Assembly: GCA_016389475.1 (NCBI GenBank)
Contig: GCA_016389475.1_3042.1
Origin: a phage
DNA: 64,000 nt
Reading direction: 5' to 3' (one strand)
This document shows, one piece after another, positions 36,055-46,053 of this stretch; the first letter of the stretch is position 1; each line of letters opens with the position of its first letter. Both the position numbers and the translations under genes were made by a program. Below the pieces are notes generated by a model. That model made no database searches and had not been told where the DNA came from. It saw only the letters and a list, made by a program, of their open reading frames with translations.

Positions 36055-36127
36055 CTGGGAATAAAGGATTCGAACCTTTGCATCCTGGAATCAAAATCCA
36101 GTGCCTTACCAACTTGGCTAATTCCCA
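36055..36127 (-). tRNA. tRNA-Gln (anticodon UUG)
   Basis: Acceptor UGGGAAU/AUUCCCA, loop UU-UUG-AU; CCA not encoded. Confidence 0.7.
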
Positions 36128-36224
36128 ATTATTAACAAAGGCTCTTTAGCAAGAACCCTTGATGATAGAGGGTATTAATCAGTGCGGTATGAGTTAATAA
36201 TAACAAATAATTCTTAAAGCATAT

Positions 36225-36512
36225 TTACCATTTATGATAATACATATTTACGATGCATTCAAGATCTAAAGGATTCTTGAAAATATCATATTCAAGAGGA
36301 CCTTTTTCTGTTTCAATAAAGAAATCAAAATTTACTGTATTAAATTTACGATCTTCCTTCACTAATTTAACTTGAGAAGATGAACGGTCAACATAAACCT
36401 TTTCAACTTCAAAACATGTTAAAACGCCATAATCATCAATCAAGGCTTTAGCCGCGTCTTGATCATATTTATATCCATTTTCAATGGACGATACTTTAGC
36501 ATAAAGAATCAT
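36225..36512 (-). CDS. hypothetical protein (95 aa)
   Basis: ATG start; upstream of the tRNA cluster in the same orientation. Confidence 0.5.
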   Translation of the reverse strand: MILYAKVSSIENGYKYDQDAAKALIDDYGVLTCFEVEKVYVDRSSSQVKLVKEDRKFNTVNFDFFIETEKGPLEYDIFKNPLDLECIVNMYYHKW

Positions 36513-36514
36513 TA

Positions 36515-36895
36515 TTACCCTTCATCAACAATAGTATGAGTGTGGGCATTTACAATTTGCCACCAATCAAAGCGATTAGAACCATACATTGGTTTGTTCT
36601 CATTTTCTTTGATAATGTCACGGAGTTCATCTTCAGTAGCGGCTTTCGCGATTAAATCAGCATACCCACCGCGAGGATAATAATTATCACCCGCAAAAAG
36701 TAAAAAGTTTGGTTTAATATTATTAAACTCTTCAAGAGTAATAACTTTTCCTGTCGGTTGAACAATCTCTACATATTTATATCCTAATTTTTGAGCAGCA
36801 TCTACTGCTTCAAGCAAAGTATCATGAGCCCATCCAATTTGACAATCTGGCTTTTCAGATGGATTAGCCTGATAATCCGCGTACACTTTATACAT
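36515..36895 (-). CDS. hypothetical protein (126 aa)
   Basis: Track start is TTG; ATG 36895 with AAGGTG upstream. Confidence 0.5.
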   Translation of the reverse strand: MYKVYADYQANPSEKPDCQIGWAHDTLLEAVDAAQKLGYKYVEIVQPTGKVITLEEFNNIKPNFLLFAGDNYYPRGGYADLIAKAATEDELRDIIKENENKPMYGSNRFDWWQIVNAHTHTIVDEG

Positions 36896-36896
36896 T

Positions 36897-37082
36897 CTAT
36901 TCACCTTTAGAAATTTTATCCATAACGATAGCAATTAAACCAATTAAAAATGCTACTACAAGTGAAAATACATTTTCTGCTGTAGTTAATAATCCGCATA
37001 TAAATCCAACAAACATTGAAAAACTAAAAGCAGAAGCAGAAATTGCAATAGCAACATTTCGAATTAATTCACAACGTTTCAT
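36897..37082 (-). CDS. hypothetical small membrane peptide (61 aa)
   Basis: ATG 37082 preceded by GAGGAG and early promoter 37111-37140; hydrophobic throughout. Confidence 0.45.
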   Translation of the reverse strand: MKRCELIRNVAIAISASAFSFSMFVGFICGLLTTAENVFSLVVAFLIGLIAIVMDKISKGE

Positions 37083-37110
37083 TTTATTCTCCTCAGTAGT
37101 TGATAGGGTA

Positions 37111-37140
37111 ATAGTATCACAACTAAAACCCTATGTAAAC
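37111..37140 (-). promoter_or_regulatory. early (sigma70-type) promoter
   Basis: Minus strand GTTTAC (37140-37135), 18-nt spacer, TACTAT; 7-bp inverted repeat atagggt/accctat (37103-37134) spans it; GAGGAG and ATG 37082. Confidence 0.5.
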
Positions 37141-37158
37141 AACTTTGTGAAAAATTTA

Positions 37159-37443
37159 TTACAAAAGATTTTTAGCAATAATTTTAAGCTGAGCTACTGA
37201 AATATGCTTGGCTTTAAACAAAGCAGTTTCTTCAGCAGGGGAGATAACGATTGTAGCACCATCTTTCTTAGCGGACCATCCATCACCCAGGTAAACAGTA
37301 CCTTTGACTTCTTCGCCATCAACCAGGCTAATCATCGGTTTACCTTCACGTCCTTTGTTTGCTTTAATAACTTCAGAAGTAAGGGTCGCTTCAGTCAAAG
37401 TAGAAGCGTTAGTGGTTGAAGTGAATTCTTGATAAGTTTTCAT
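37159..37443 (-). CDS. ipI: internal protein I-like virion protein with capsid-targeting sequence (94 aa)
   Basis: Begins MKTYQEF...; size and position immediately upstream of 57B as for T4 ipI; early promoter 37475-37504. Confidence 0.6.
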   Translation of the reverse strand: MKTYQEFTSTTNASTLTEATLTSEVIKANKGREGKPMISLVDGEEVKGTVYLGDGWSAKKDGATIVISPAEETALFKAKHISVAQLKIIAKNLL

Positions 37444-37474
37444 TTTTATTTTCCTAATTAATTTTGATGAGGTA

Positions 37475-37504
37475 ATAGTATCACTACCTCATCAGCATGT
37501 AAAC
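37475..37504 (-). promoter_or_regulatory. early (sigma70-type) promoter for ipI
   Basis: Minus strand GTTTAC (37504-37499), 18-nt spacer, TACTAT; 9-bp inverted repeat gatgaggta/tacctcatc (37466-37493) encloses the -10. Confidence 0.5.
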
Positions 37505-37516
37505 AACTTTGTGAAA

Positions 37517-38201
<685 letters not shown>

Positions 38202-38202
<1 letters not shown>

Positions 38203-38927
38203 TATAGTACCTTTAGTGTATTTTTAATTTTAGAAAAAAGTTCTTCAAGAGAACCATCGTTTGTAATTACTAAATCACCATCACGAATTGGCAATCCAGC
38301 TTCTGTAATATGTGTATCATTGGATTTTTGACCAGGACGAACTACATGAATTACTGTAGCACCCATCGCCCTAGCCGCATCCATTTCATGATCTTGACGG
38401 GTATCAGGAACGATATAATAATCATAACCTGAGTTAAATTTATCAAGATAATCTAAAGCAAATAATTTTACCCAGTACATGCGGTCGAAGTTATTAACAA
38501 TCAAATCCGTACCTAGGGCTTGCATCAGACGACGGACTGACCATTGATCTTCAATATTATTTATAACGTCAATAATCTTGTTAAATGCTACGGAATTAAC
38601 TGATTCTTGTCCTTCGTCATCAAAAACAAACACACCCTTAATTGGGCTTTTACCATTAAGATAGCAAAATGCTTGTTCCATAATCGTGATTACTTCTAAT
38701 TTAGTCAGATTTAAATTAGTCTCACGATCATAGTCAATTCCTTCAAACTCTTTACGAGTTAAGCAAGGATAGCCAGTGTTTGCTGCAAATACTCCCCATG
38801 CATAAGCCAATGCATCCTTAATAGGACCAGCAAGTTGGTATTTAACTGCAGAATAATTGCTCATGATAAAATCAGCAGTAGTATCTTTTCCACTACGCTT
38901 TACACCGCTTAAAAAGATTAGTTTCAT
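38202..38927 (-). CDS. 1: gp1 deoxynucleoside monophosphate kinase
   Basis: Track start is TTG; ATG 38927 with GAGGAG upstream gives 241 aa MKLIFLSGVKRSGKDTT (P-loop), the T4 gp1 length. Confidence 0.85.
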
Positions 38928-38976
38928 GTGTTTCTCCTCAAATTTAATTAAGATTATAACACACAAAACTGAAGCA

Positions 38977-39507
38977 TTAAACTTCTGCTATAATTTTTCC
39001 ATCTTTTTCTACTTGAAAATAGGTGTAAGGAATCGTTGCAGTACATACTAAAGCCGGGTCTGAATCTTCCGTATAGCTAAATTCTACTTCAGATAGGTCA
39101 GAAACCCAAGGCTTATAAAAATTTATTGACATCACGATTTCAGTTTTGCTATTATCTAAGATGTAAAGCGTAATGTACTCAGGACCCGTTTTTTGGGCAG
39201 TATTTTCACCTGTAAGATAGTTGCTAGTTCCTAGCATCCATTCATACATTCCTATCCATGACTTAAGTTCTTCATCAACTATAAATCTCACAATGAGTGG
39301 ATCATACTCAAATGTAACACCTGGACGTTGTGCTCGGCCCAGTCCAAACGGCCCAGTCACGGTATCAGTAACAGGTATTCTAATTCCTGGAATAGGAACT
39401 GACTGAGCATTTAAAGTAAAAGCAGATGTAGTATTACTATGTGGTATTGATACTACAAAGTTAGTTGTATTTGCTTGGTTAAAAATTTGTTGCAGAGCTT
39501 GCGACAT
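38977..39507 (-). CDS. 3: gp3 tail completion / sheath stabiliser
   Basis: Shortened to ATG 39507 with GAGGAA upstream giving 176 aa, the T4 gp3 length; gene order 1-3-2-4. Confidence 0.7.
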   Translation of the reverse strand: MSQALQQIFNQANTTNFVVSIPHSNTTSAFTLNAQSVPIPGIRIPVTDTVTGPFGLGRAQRPGVTFEYDPLIVRFIVDEELKSWIGMYEWMLGTSNYLTGENTAQKTGPEYITLYILDNSKTEIVMSINFYKPWVSDLSEVEFSYTEDSDPALVCTATIPYTYFQVEKDGKIIAEV

Positions 39508-39613
39508 ATATTCCTCATAATGCTTTATAACTGTTGGTGGTATAATGGGTCTAAGTCCCTTCCATTCAATTCCATTTAGAACAAACAACAGAAAAGAATG
39601 GAAGATAATAGAA

Positions 39614-40438
39614 TTAGATATTTGACCAGACTTTGTTTGCAGAGAAACGTTTTCCTTTTGAAACGAACTGCTGAAGTGGCATCAACACAACGTTCGCCCA
39701 GTCTTTCGGGGCGATTTCAACAAGGCTACCCATAATATTACCGGGTATATATGCCTTAATCATTTGGTCTGCACCCCTAAATCCTTTCACTTGACTCCAA
39801 TCAATTTTTAATTTCGTTTTATTAGTAATAGTAGGTGTATTTGCATATTGCTTTAAAAGCTCTTCTAGAAATTGCTGACGAGCTTTAGGTGGAATATAGT
39901 GCAAGTTTAATCCGTACATTAAATTATGCTTACCTAAACCAAGGTAAATTATCAAAGGAAATTTATCCCAGTAAGGAAGAGTTTCCTTGTGTTTAGCATC
40001 ATAAGCAAAAGCATATATTCGTCCCGGCTGCGGGCGAACAACTTTATGTCCTTTTACTTGCTTAATAGTTTCAGCAAACCATTTTCTGGTTTTATTATTA
40101 ATTGCTGCGCCTTCATTACGAATTTTATCACGCAATGTTTGTCTGAATGAATTTATCATAAGCAGTTGTCTTTCTTGCTTATTGAGCTTATTCATTGGTT
40201 TTGATTCAAGCTTTTGAATCTTTTCAGCTGTTTTAATTCCTGAAGCATATTTTGACATTGCCGAAGTAAACGTAGAGTATTTGATTCCTCTTTCTTCAGC
40301 AAATTGCTTTCCTGTCATTCCTTTTGCTTTGGCCTTTTTATATTCAAGACCTATCTGAATCCATTTCTTTTCGTTTAATGATTGCTTAACCTTTGGAACT
40401 TGGGGAGTGCTTTCATTAATTATTTGAAAAATAGCCAT
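39614..40438 (-). CDS. 2: gp2 DNA end protector
   Basis: 274 aa, the T4 gp2 length; basic N-terminus; gene order. Confidence 0.75.
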
Positions 40439-40890
40439 TATGCCCCCTTAAAGCCAAGAGCTCGTAATCCATCTTCTGTTAGAATTCTAAATTTTATTCC
40501 ACGCTTTTCAGCTAAAGATTGTGCTGCTTTCCATTTGTCAGCGTTCACAGACCAGGTATAAATTTCATTCATAAATCTTTTCTTCGCTGCAGTTGTTAGA
40601 TGTGCTGGTTTAACTGGTGGTTGTGTTTCTTTTTTAGGTTTTATTTCAATAAAAAATTCTTGTCCAGAAGAATCTTTCATCCAAATATCCATGAAGTATC
40701 TACGTTTTTTCCCTTCTGCATTACAAAAATAAGGAATTACTGCTGTTTCACTACCCCATGCAATAATTTCTGGATTTTTATCTAACCATTCAAAAAAGAA
40801 TTTTTCCCAATTTGATCTATACGTAATTTTTTTAGGGTCACCTCTATATTTTGATATATTTTTAGGAACCCATTTTCCAGAATATGCCAT
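40438..40890 (-). CDS. 4: gp4 head completion protein
   Basis: 150 aa, the T4 gp4 length; late promoter TATAAATA 27 nt upstream. Confidence 0.75.
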
Positions 40891-40901
40891 TGGATTCTCC
40901 T

Positions 40902-40909
40902 TATAAATA
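40902..40909 (+). promoter_or_regulatory. late promoter (TATAAATA) for gene 53
   Basis: Exact TATAAATA 29 nt upstream of the ATG. Confidence 0.65.
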
Positions 40910-40916
40910 GATAATA

Positions 40917-40924
40917 TATTTATA
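40917..40924 (-). promoter_or_regulatory. late promoter (TATAAATA) for genes 4-2-3
   Basis: Exact TATAAATA on the minus strand 27 nt upstream of the gene 4 ATG; divergent from the gene 53 promoter. Confidence 0.6.
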
Positions 40925-40937
40925 AACAGGAGGGCCC

Positions 40938-41528
40938 ATGCTCTTTACATTTTTTGATCCGATTGAATATGCGGCCAAAACGGTGAATAAAAACGCGCCG
41001 ACTATTCCTATGACAGATATTTTTAGAAACTATAAAGACTATTTCAAACGTGCTCTTGCGGGATACCGCTTACGTACTTATTATATTAAAGGTTCACCAC
41101 GCCCGGAAGAATTAGCAAATACTATATATGGAAATCCACAGTTGTATTGGGTTTTATTGATGTGTAATGATAATTATGATCCATATTATGGATGGATTAC
41201 TTCACAAGAAGCTGCTTATCAAGCATCTATACAAAAATACAAAAACGTAGGTGGAGACCAAATAGTATATCATGTAAATGAGAACGGTGAAAAATTTTAT
41301 AATTTAGTATCATACGATGATAATCCATATGTTTGGTATGACAAAGGTGATAAAGCTAGAAAATATCCTCAATATGAAGGAGCACTTGCTGCTGTTAATA
41401 CGTATGAAGCTGCTGTTCTTGAAAATGAAAAACTTCGTCAAATAAAAATAATAGCAAAATCAGACATCAATTCATTTATGAACGACCTTATACGTATAAT
41501 GGAGAAATCTTATGGAAATGATAAGTAA
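40938..41528 (+). CDS. 53: gp53 baseplate wedge protein
   Basis: 196 aa; divergent from gene 4 with its own late promoter; precedes gene 5. Confidence 0.8.
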   Translation: MLFTFFDPIEYAAKTVNKNAPTIPMTDIFRNYKDYFKRALAGYRLRTYYIKGSPRPEELANTIYGNPQLYWVLLMCNDNYDPYYGWITSQEAAYQASIQKYKNVGGDQIVYHVNENGEKFYNLVSYDDNPYVWYDKGDKARKYPQYEGALAAVNTYEAAVLENEKLRQIKIIAKSDINSFMNDLIRIMEKSYGNDK

Positions 41529-43239
41529 TAACCTTAATTGGTTTGTTGGTGTTGTTGAAGATAGAATGGACCCATTAAAATTAGGTCGTGTTCGTGTTCG
41601 TGTGGTTGGTCTGCATCCACCACAAAGAGCACAAGGTGATGTAATGGGTATTCCAACTGAAAAATTGCCATGGATGTCAGTTATTCAGCCTATAACTTCG
41701 GCAGCTATGTCTGGAATTGGAGGTTCCGTTACCGGACCGGTAGAAGGAACTAGAGTTTATGGTCATTTTTTGGACAAATGGAAAACTAACGGAATTGTTC
41801 TTGGCACGTATGGTGGAATAGTTCGCGAAAAACCGAATAGACTTGAAGGATTTTCTGACCCGACTGGGCAATATCCTAGACGTTTAGGAAATGATACTAA
41901 CGTACTAAACCAAGGCGGAGAAGTAGGATATGATTCGTCTTCTAACGTTATCCAAGATAGTAACTTAGACACCGCAATAAATCCCGATGATAGACCACTA
42001 TCAGAGATTCCAACTGATGATAATCCAAATATGTCAATGGCTGAAATGCTTCGCCGCGATGAAGGATTAAGACTAAAAGTTTATTGGGATACCGAAGGAT
42101 ATCCGACAATTGGTATTGGTCATCTTATCATGAAGCAGCCAGTTCGTGATATGGCTCAAATTAATAAAGTTTTATCGAAACAAGTTGGTCGTGAAATTAC
42201 TGGAAACCCAGGTTCTATTACAATGGAAGAAGCGACGACTTTATTTGAGCGTGATTTGGCTGATATGCAACGTGATATTAAATCACATTCTAAAGTAGGA
42301 CCAGTCTGGCAAGCTGTCAACCGTTCTCGTCAAATGGCGTTAGAAAATATGGCATTTCAGATGGGTGTTGGCGGTGTAGCTAAATTTAACACAATGTTAA
42401 CTGCTATGTTAGCAGGAGATTGGGAAAAAGCATACAAAGCCGGTCGTGATTCATTGTGGTATCAACAAACAAAAGGCCGTGCATCCCGTGTTACCATGAT
42501 TATTCTTACGGGGAATTTGGAATCATATGGTGTTGAAGTGAAAACTCCAGCTAGGTCTTTATCGGCAATGGCTGCGACTGTAGCTAAATCTTCTGACCCT
42601 GCTGACCCTCCTATTCCGAATGATTCAAGAATTTTATTTAAAGAACCTGTTTCTTCATATAAAGGCGAATATCCTTATGTGCATACAATGGAAACTGAAA
42701 GTGGACATATTCAGGAATTTGATGATACCCCTGGGCAAGAACGATATAGATTAGTTCATCCAACTGGAACTTATGAAGAAGTATCACCGTCAGGGAGAAG
42801 AACAAGAAAAACTGTTGATAATTTATATGATATAACCAACGCTGATGGTAATTTTTTGGTAGCCGGCGATAAAAAGACTAACGTCGGTGGATCAGAAATT
42901 TATTACAACATGGATAATCGTCTTCACCAAATAGATGGAAGCAATACAATATTTGTACGTGGCGATGAAACTAAGACGGTTGAAGGTAATGGAACTATCC
43001 TAGTTAAAGGTAATGTTACTATTGTAGTTGAAGGTAATGCTGACATTACAGTTAAAGGAGATGCTACCACTTTAGTTGAAGGAAATCAGACTAATACAGT
43101 AAATGGAAATCTTTCTTGGAAAGTTGCTGGGACAGTTGATTGGGACGTTGGTGGTGATTGGACAGAAAAAATGGCATCTATGAGTTCTATTTCATCTGGT
43201 CAATACACAATTGATGGATCGAGGATTGACATTGGCTAA
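41512..43239 (+). CDS. 5: gp5 baseplate hub spike with tail lysozyme domain
   Basis: 575 aa; internal lysozyme domain MAEMLRRDEGLRLKVYWDTEGYPTIGIGHLI paralogous to gene e; C-terminal VxGxxxxx beta-helix repeats. Confidence 0.9.
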   Translation: MEMISNNLNWFVGVVEDRMDPLKLGRVRVRVVGLHPPQRAQGDVMGIPTEKLPWMSVIQPITSAAMSGIGGSVTGPVEGTRVYGHFLDKWKTNGIVLGTYGGIVREKPNRLEGFSDPTGQYPRRLGNDTNVLNQGGEVGYDSSSNVIQDSNLDTAINPDDRPLSEIPTDDNPNMSMAEMLRRDEGLRLKVYWDTEGYPTIGIGHLIMKQPVRDMAQINKVLSKQVGREITGNPGSITMEEATTLFERDLADMQRDIKSHSKVGPVWQAVNRSRQMALENMAFQMGVGGVAKFNTMLTAMLAGDWEKAYKAGRDSLWYQQTKGRASRVTMIILTGNLESYGVEVKTPARSLSAMAATVAKSSDPADPPIPNDSRILFKEPVSSYKGEYPYVHTMETESGHIQEFDDTPGQERYRLVHPTGTYEEVSPSGRRTRKTVDNLYDITNADGNFLVAGDKKTNVGGSEIYYNMDNRLHQIDGSNTIFVRGDETKTVEGNGTILVKGNVTIVVEGNADITVKGDATTLVEGNQTNTVNGNLSWKVAGTVDWDVGGDWTEKMASMSSISSGQYTIDGSRIDIG

Positions 43240-43273
43240 TATACTTCCAATGAGCGCTGATTTAGGAGAATCC

Positions 43274-43768
43274 ATGGAAGGTTCTTCTATCGACGTCACC
43301 TTTACCGCTCAATTAGAAACAGGTGAAACGTTAGTATCTATAAATATAACTAGTTACGAAGAAACTCCTGGGGTTTTAGTAGAAGAAAATCGCTTATATG
43401 GAACATATGAATCTGTGTTTGGATTTGGAAATGACGCGTTGAAATATCGTTTAGGCGATGAATTTAAAATTGCTGCTTCATGGGAAGAACTTCCTACTGA
43501 TTCTGATACTCAGCTGTATTTGTGGAAAGCTCCTCAAAATCTCCAGAAGACATTCACTTACGAAGTAACATTAATATATGACTACCAAGAACAAAGTGAA
43601 TCTGGGGGTTCTGGCAGTAATTCTAGGTCATCTTCTGATACTACTGAACCGACGGATCCTCCTGCTCCAGTAAGAAAAACTCTCGTTAAAAATTATACTA
43701 AAACTATAGTTGGAAATTGGAGTCGTTGGGCTAATAAACTGAGAAGCTATGTATATGAGAGGCCATAA
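43274..43768 (+). CDS. 5.1: gp5.1-like hypothetical protein
   Basis: Start set at ATG 43274 (AGGAG 5 nt upstream); the track ORF begins at TTG 43211; ATGs at 43214 and 43250 are alternatives. Confidence 0.45.
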
Positions 43769-44062
43769 ATGTCAGGATTAAGTTATGATAAGTGTGTTAC
43801 TGCTGGCCATGAAGCGTGGCCTCCAACAGTTGTGAATGCTACACAAAGTAAAGTATTCACTGGAGGAATTGCTGTTCTAGTAGCAGGCGATCCAATTACA
43901 GAACATACAGAAATTAAAAAGCCATATGAAACACATGGCGGAGTGACACAACCTAGAACTTCTAAGGTATATGTCACTGGAAAGAAAGCTGTTCAAATGG
44001 CTGATCCAATATCATGCGGTGATACTGTGGCTCAGGCATCATCTAAAGTATTCATTAAATAG
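43769..44062 (+). CDS. 5.4: gp5.4 PAAR-repeat spike-tip protein
   Basis: 97 aa; position after gene 5; small Gly/Cys-containing beta-rich protein. Confidence 0.7.
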
Positions 44063-44070
44063 GATTTAAA

Positions 44071-46053
44071 ATGGCAAATACCCCTGTAAATTATCAATTA
44101 ACAAGAACAGCAAATGCTATTCCCGAGATATTCGTCGGGGGTACGTTTGCTGAAATAAAACAAAACCTCATTGAATGGCTTAATGGCCAAAATGAATTTT
44201 TGGATTATGATTTTGAAGGCTCAAGATTAAACGTTCTGTGTGACCTTTTGGCTTATAATACATTATATATTCAGCAGTTTGGTAATGCTGCTGTGTATGA
44301 AAGCTTCATGCGTACTGCTAACTTACGAAGTTCAGTTGTTCAAGCTGCACAAGATAACGGATATTTACCTACTTCAAAATCCGCTGCGCAGACCGAAATT
44401 ATGTTAACGTGTACAGACGCATTGAATAGAAATTACATTACTATTCCTCGCGGAACTCGCTTTTTAGCATATGCAAAAGATACTTCTGTTAATCCATATA
44501 ACTTCGTTTCTACCGAAGACGTTATTGCTATTCGTGATAAAAATAACCAATATTTTCCACGTTTAAAATTGGCCCAGGGACGTATAGTAAGAACTGAAAT
44601 CATTTATGATAAATTAACACCTATTATCATTTATGATAAAAATATTGATAGAAACCAAGTTAAGCTGTATGTTGATGGAGCAGAATGGATTAACTGGACA
44701 AGAAAGTCAATGGTCCATGCTGGTTCTACATCAACAATTTACTACATGCGTGAAACTATTGATGGAAACACTGAATTCTATTTTGGCGAAGGTGAAATTT
44801 CTGTTAATGCGGCAGAAGGAGCTCTAACTGCTAACTATATTGGAGGTCTTAAACCTACCCAGAACTCTACTATTGTTATTGAGTACATCAGTACTAACGG
44901 TGCAGATGCGAATGGTGCAGTCGGATTTTCATACGCAGATACATTAACAAATATAACTGTCATCAATATTAACGAAAATCCAAATGATGACCCAGATTTT
45001 GTTGGGGCCGATGGCGGTGGCGATCCAGAAGATATTGAGCGTATTCGCGAATTGGGTACTATTAAGCGCGAAACCCAGCAACGCTGCGTAACTGCGACCG
45101 ACTATGATACATTCGTTTCAGAGAGATTTGGTTCTATTATTCAAGCTGTTCAGACTTTCACTGATTCTACTAAACCTGGGTATGCATTTATTGCTGCTAA
45201 ACCTAAATCAGGACTATATTTAACTACTGTGCAACGTGAAGATATTAAAAATTATCTCAAAGACTATAATTTAGCGCCTATTACACCGTCAATTATTTCT
45301 CCTAATTATCTTTTTATTAAGACTAATTTAAAAGTCACATATGCTTTAAATAAACTACAAGAATCCGAACAGTGGCTTGAAGGTCAAATAATTGATAAAA
45401 TTGATCGCTATTATACCGAAGATGTAGAAATTTTTAACTCATCTTTTGCCAAGTCTAAGATGTTAACTTACGTAGATGATGCAGATCATTCTATCATTGG
45501 TTCATCAGCGACTATTCAAATTGTTCGTGAAGTACAAAACTTCTATAAAACGCCTGAAGCAGGTATTAAATACAATAATCAAATAAAAGATCGTTCTATG
45601 GAATCTAATACGTTTTCATTTAATTCTGGACGAAAGGTTGTAAATCCTGATACTGGTTTAGAAGAAGATGTATTATATGACGTTCGTATAGTATCAACAG
45701 ACCGAGATTCTAAAGGAATTGGTAAAGTTATTATTGGTCCATTTGTTTCTGGCGATGTTACAGAAAATGAAAACATTCAGCCGTATACGGGCAACGATTT
45801 TAACAAATTAGCAAATTCTGATGGACGCGACAAATACTATGTTATCGGTGAAATAAATTATCCAGCTGACATGATTTATTGGAATATCGCTAAAATTAAT
45901 TTAACATCTGAAAAATTTGAAGTTCAGACTATTGAATTATATTCTGACCCAACCGATGATGTTATCTTTACTCGCGATGGTTCACTGATTGTATTTGAAA
46001 ATGACTTACGTCCACAATACTTAACTATCGATTTGGAGCCTATATCACAATGA
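44071..46053 (+). CDS. 6: gp6 baseplate wedge protein
   Basis: 660 aa, the T4 gp6 length; gene order. Confidence 0.85.
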   Translation: MANTPVNYQLTRTANAIPEIFVGGTFAEIKQNLIEWLNGQNEFLDYDFEGSRLNVLCDLLAYNTLYIQQFGNAAVYESFMRTANLRSSVVQAAQDNGYLPTSKSAAQTEIMLTCTDALNRNYITIPRGTRFLAYAKDTSVNPYNFVSTEDVIAIRDKNNQYFPRLKLAQGRIVRTEIIYDKLTPIIIYDKNIDRNQVKLYVDGAEWINWTRKSMVHAGSTSTIYYMRETIDGNTEFYFGEGEISVNAAEGALTANYIGGLKPTQNSTIVIEYISTNGADANGAVGFSYADTLTNITVININENPNDDPDFVGADGGGDPEDIERIRELGTIKRETQQRCVTATDYDTFVSERFGSIIQAVQTFTDSTKPGYAFIAAKPKSGLYLTTVQREDIKNYLKDYNLAPITPSIISPNYLFIKTNLKVTYALNKLQESEQWLEGQIIDKIDRYYTEDVEIFNSSFAKSKMLTYVDDADHSIIGSSATIQIVREVQNFYKTPEAGIKYNNQIKDRSMESNTFSFNSGRKVVNPDTGLEEDVLYDVRIVSTDRDSKGIGKVIIGPFVSGDVTENENIQPYTGNDFNKLANSDGRDKYYVIGEINYPADMIYWNIAKINLTSEKFEVQTIELYSDPTDDVIFTRDGSLIVFENDLRPQYLTIDLEPISQ

